Below are positions 63,888-64,000 of a DNA stretch of 64,000 bases, piece after piece. Source of the DNA: an uncultured Chloroflexia bacterium (GTDB lineage: Bacteria; Chloroflexota; Limnocylindria; Limnocylindrales; CSP1-4). The first letter of the stretch is position 1. Every line of letters begins with the position of its first letter. Below the pieces are notes generated by a model. That model ran no database searches. It was not told the origin of the DNA and worked only from the letters and a program-made list of their open reading frames with translations. The translations under genes were made by a program, and so were the position numbers. The DNA is taken from positions 114,217 to 178,216 of the forward strand of contig CAVQJC010000010.1 in the NCBI GenBank assembly GCA_963712745.1, given 5' to 3'.

Positions 63888-64000
63888 TGGATTACCCGCG
63901 TATCAAGGCGGTGAGGAGTCCCGCCTTACCGACTCCGACCATTCATTGGGCGGATGATCGGCTACTCCGGAAGCTAAGTGGGAGGCCGATGGCGACGACG

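Overview
High-GC bacterial chromosome segment. Gene content and protein style suggest Chloroflexota, possibly a Limnocylindria-like lineage (inference only). Positions 1-~49 kb are a mostly minus-strand housekeeping block: proS, ispG, rseP, dxr, cdsA, uppS, frr, pyrH, tsf, rpsB, yraN, rnhB, rplS, trmD, rimM, khpA, rpsP, ffh, ftsY, smc, rnc, acpP, nusB, plsX, rpmF, coaD, rsmD, recG, a DAK2 gene, rpmB, dtd, rpe, rlmN, fmt, def, priA, gmk, an RluA-family gene, lspA, ileS, an LCP gene, ilvE, rpsR, ssb and rpsF. rseP, priA and ileS (twice) carry +1 frameshifts that all fit one TG>TCG pattern, probably a systematic sequencing error. From ~52.4 kb the window becomes accessory DNA, marked by two displaced 3' halves of a tRNA-Leu (att-like scars), with short secreted, membrane and enzyme genes, many frameshifted. 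The most striking unexplained signal is a ~60-95 nt 5'-leader motif in front of five unrelated accessory genes on both strands. Its 10-bp stem shows compensatory base changes, making it a candidate new structured regulatory RNA. Three further repeated elements sit at gene 3' ends, so the region looks like a set of gene cassettes.
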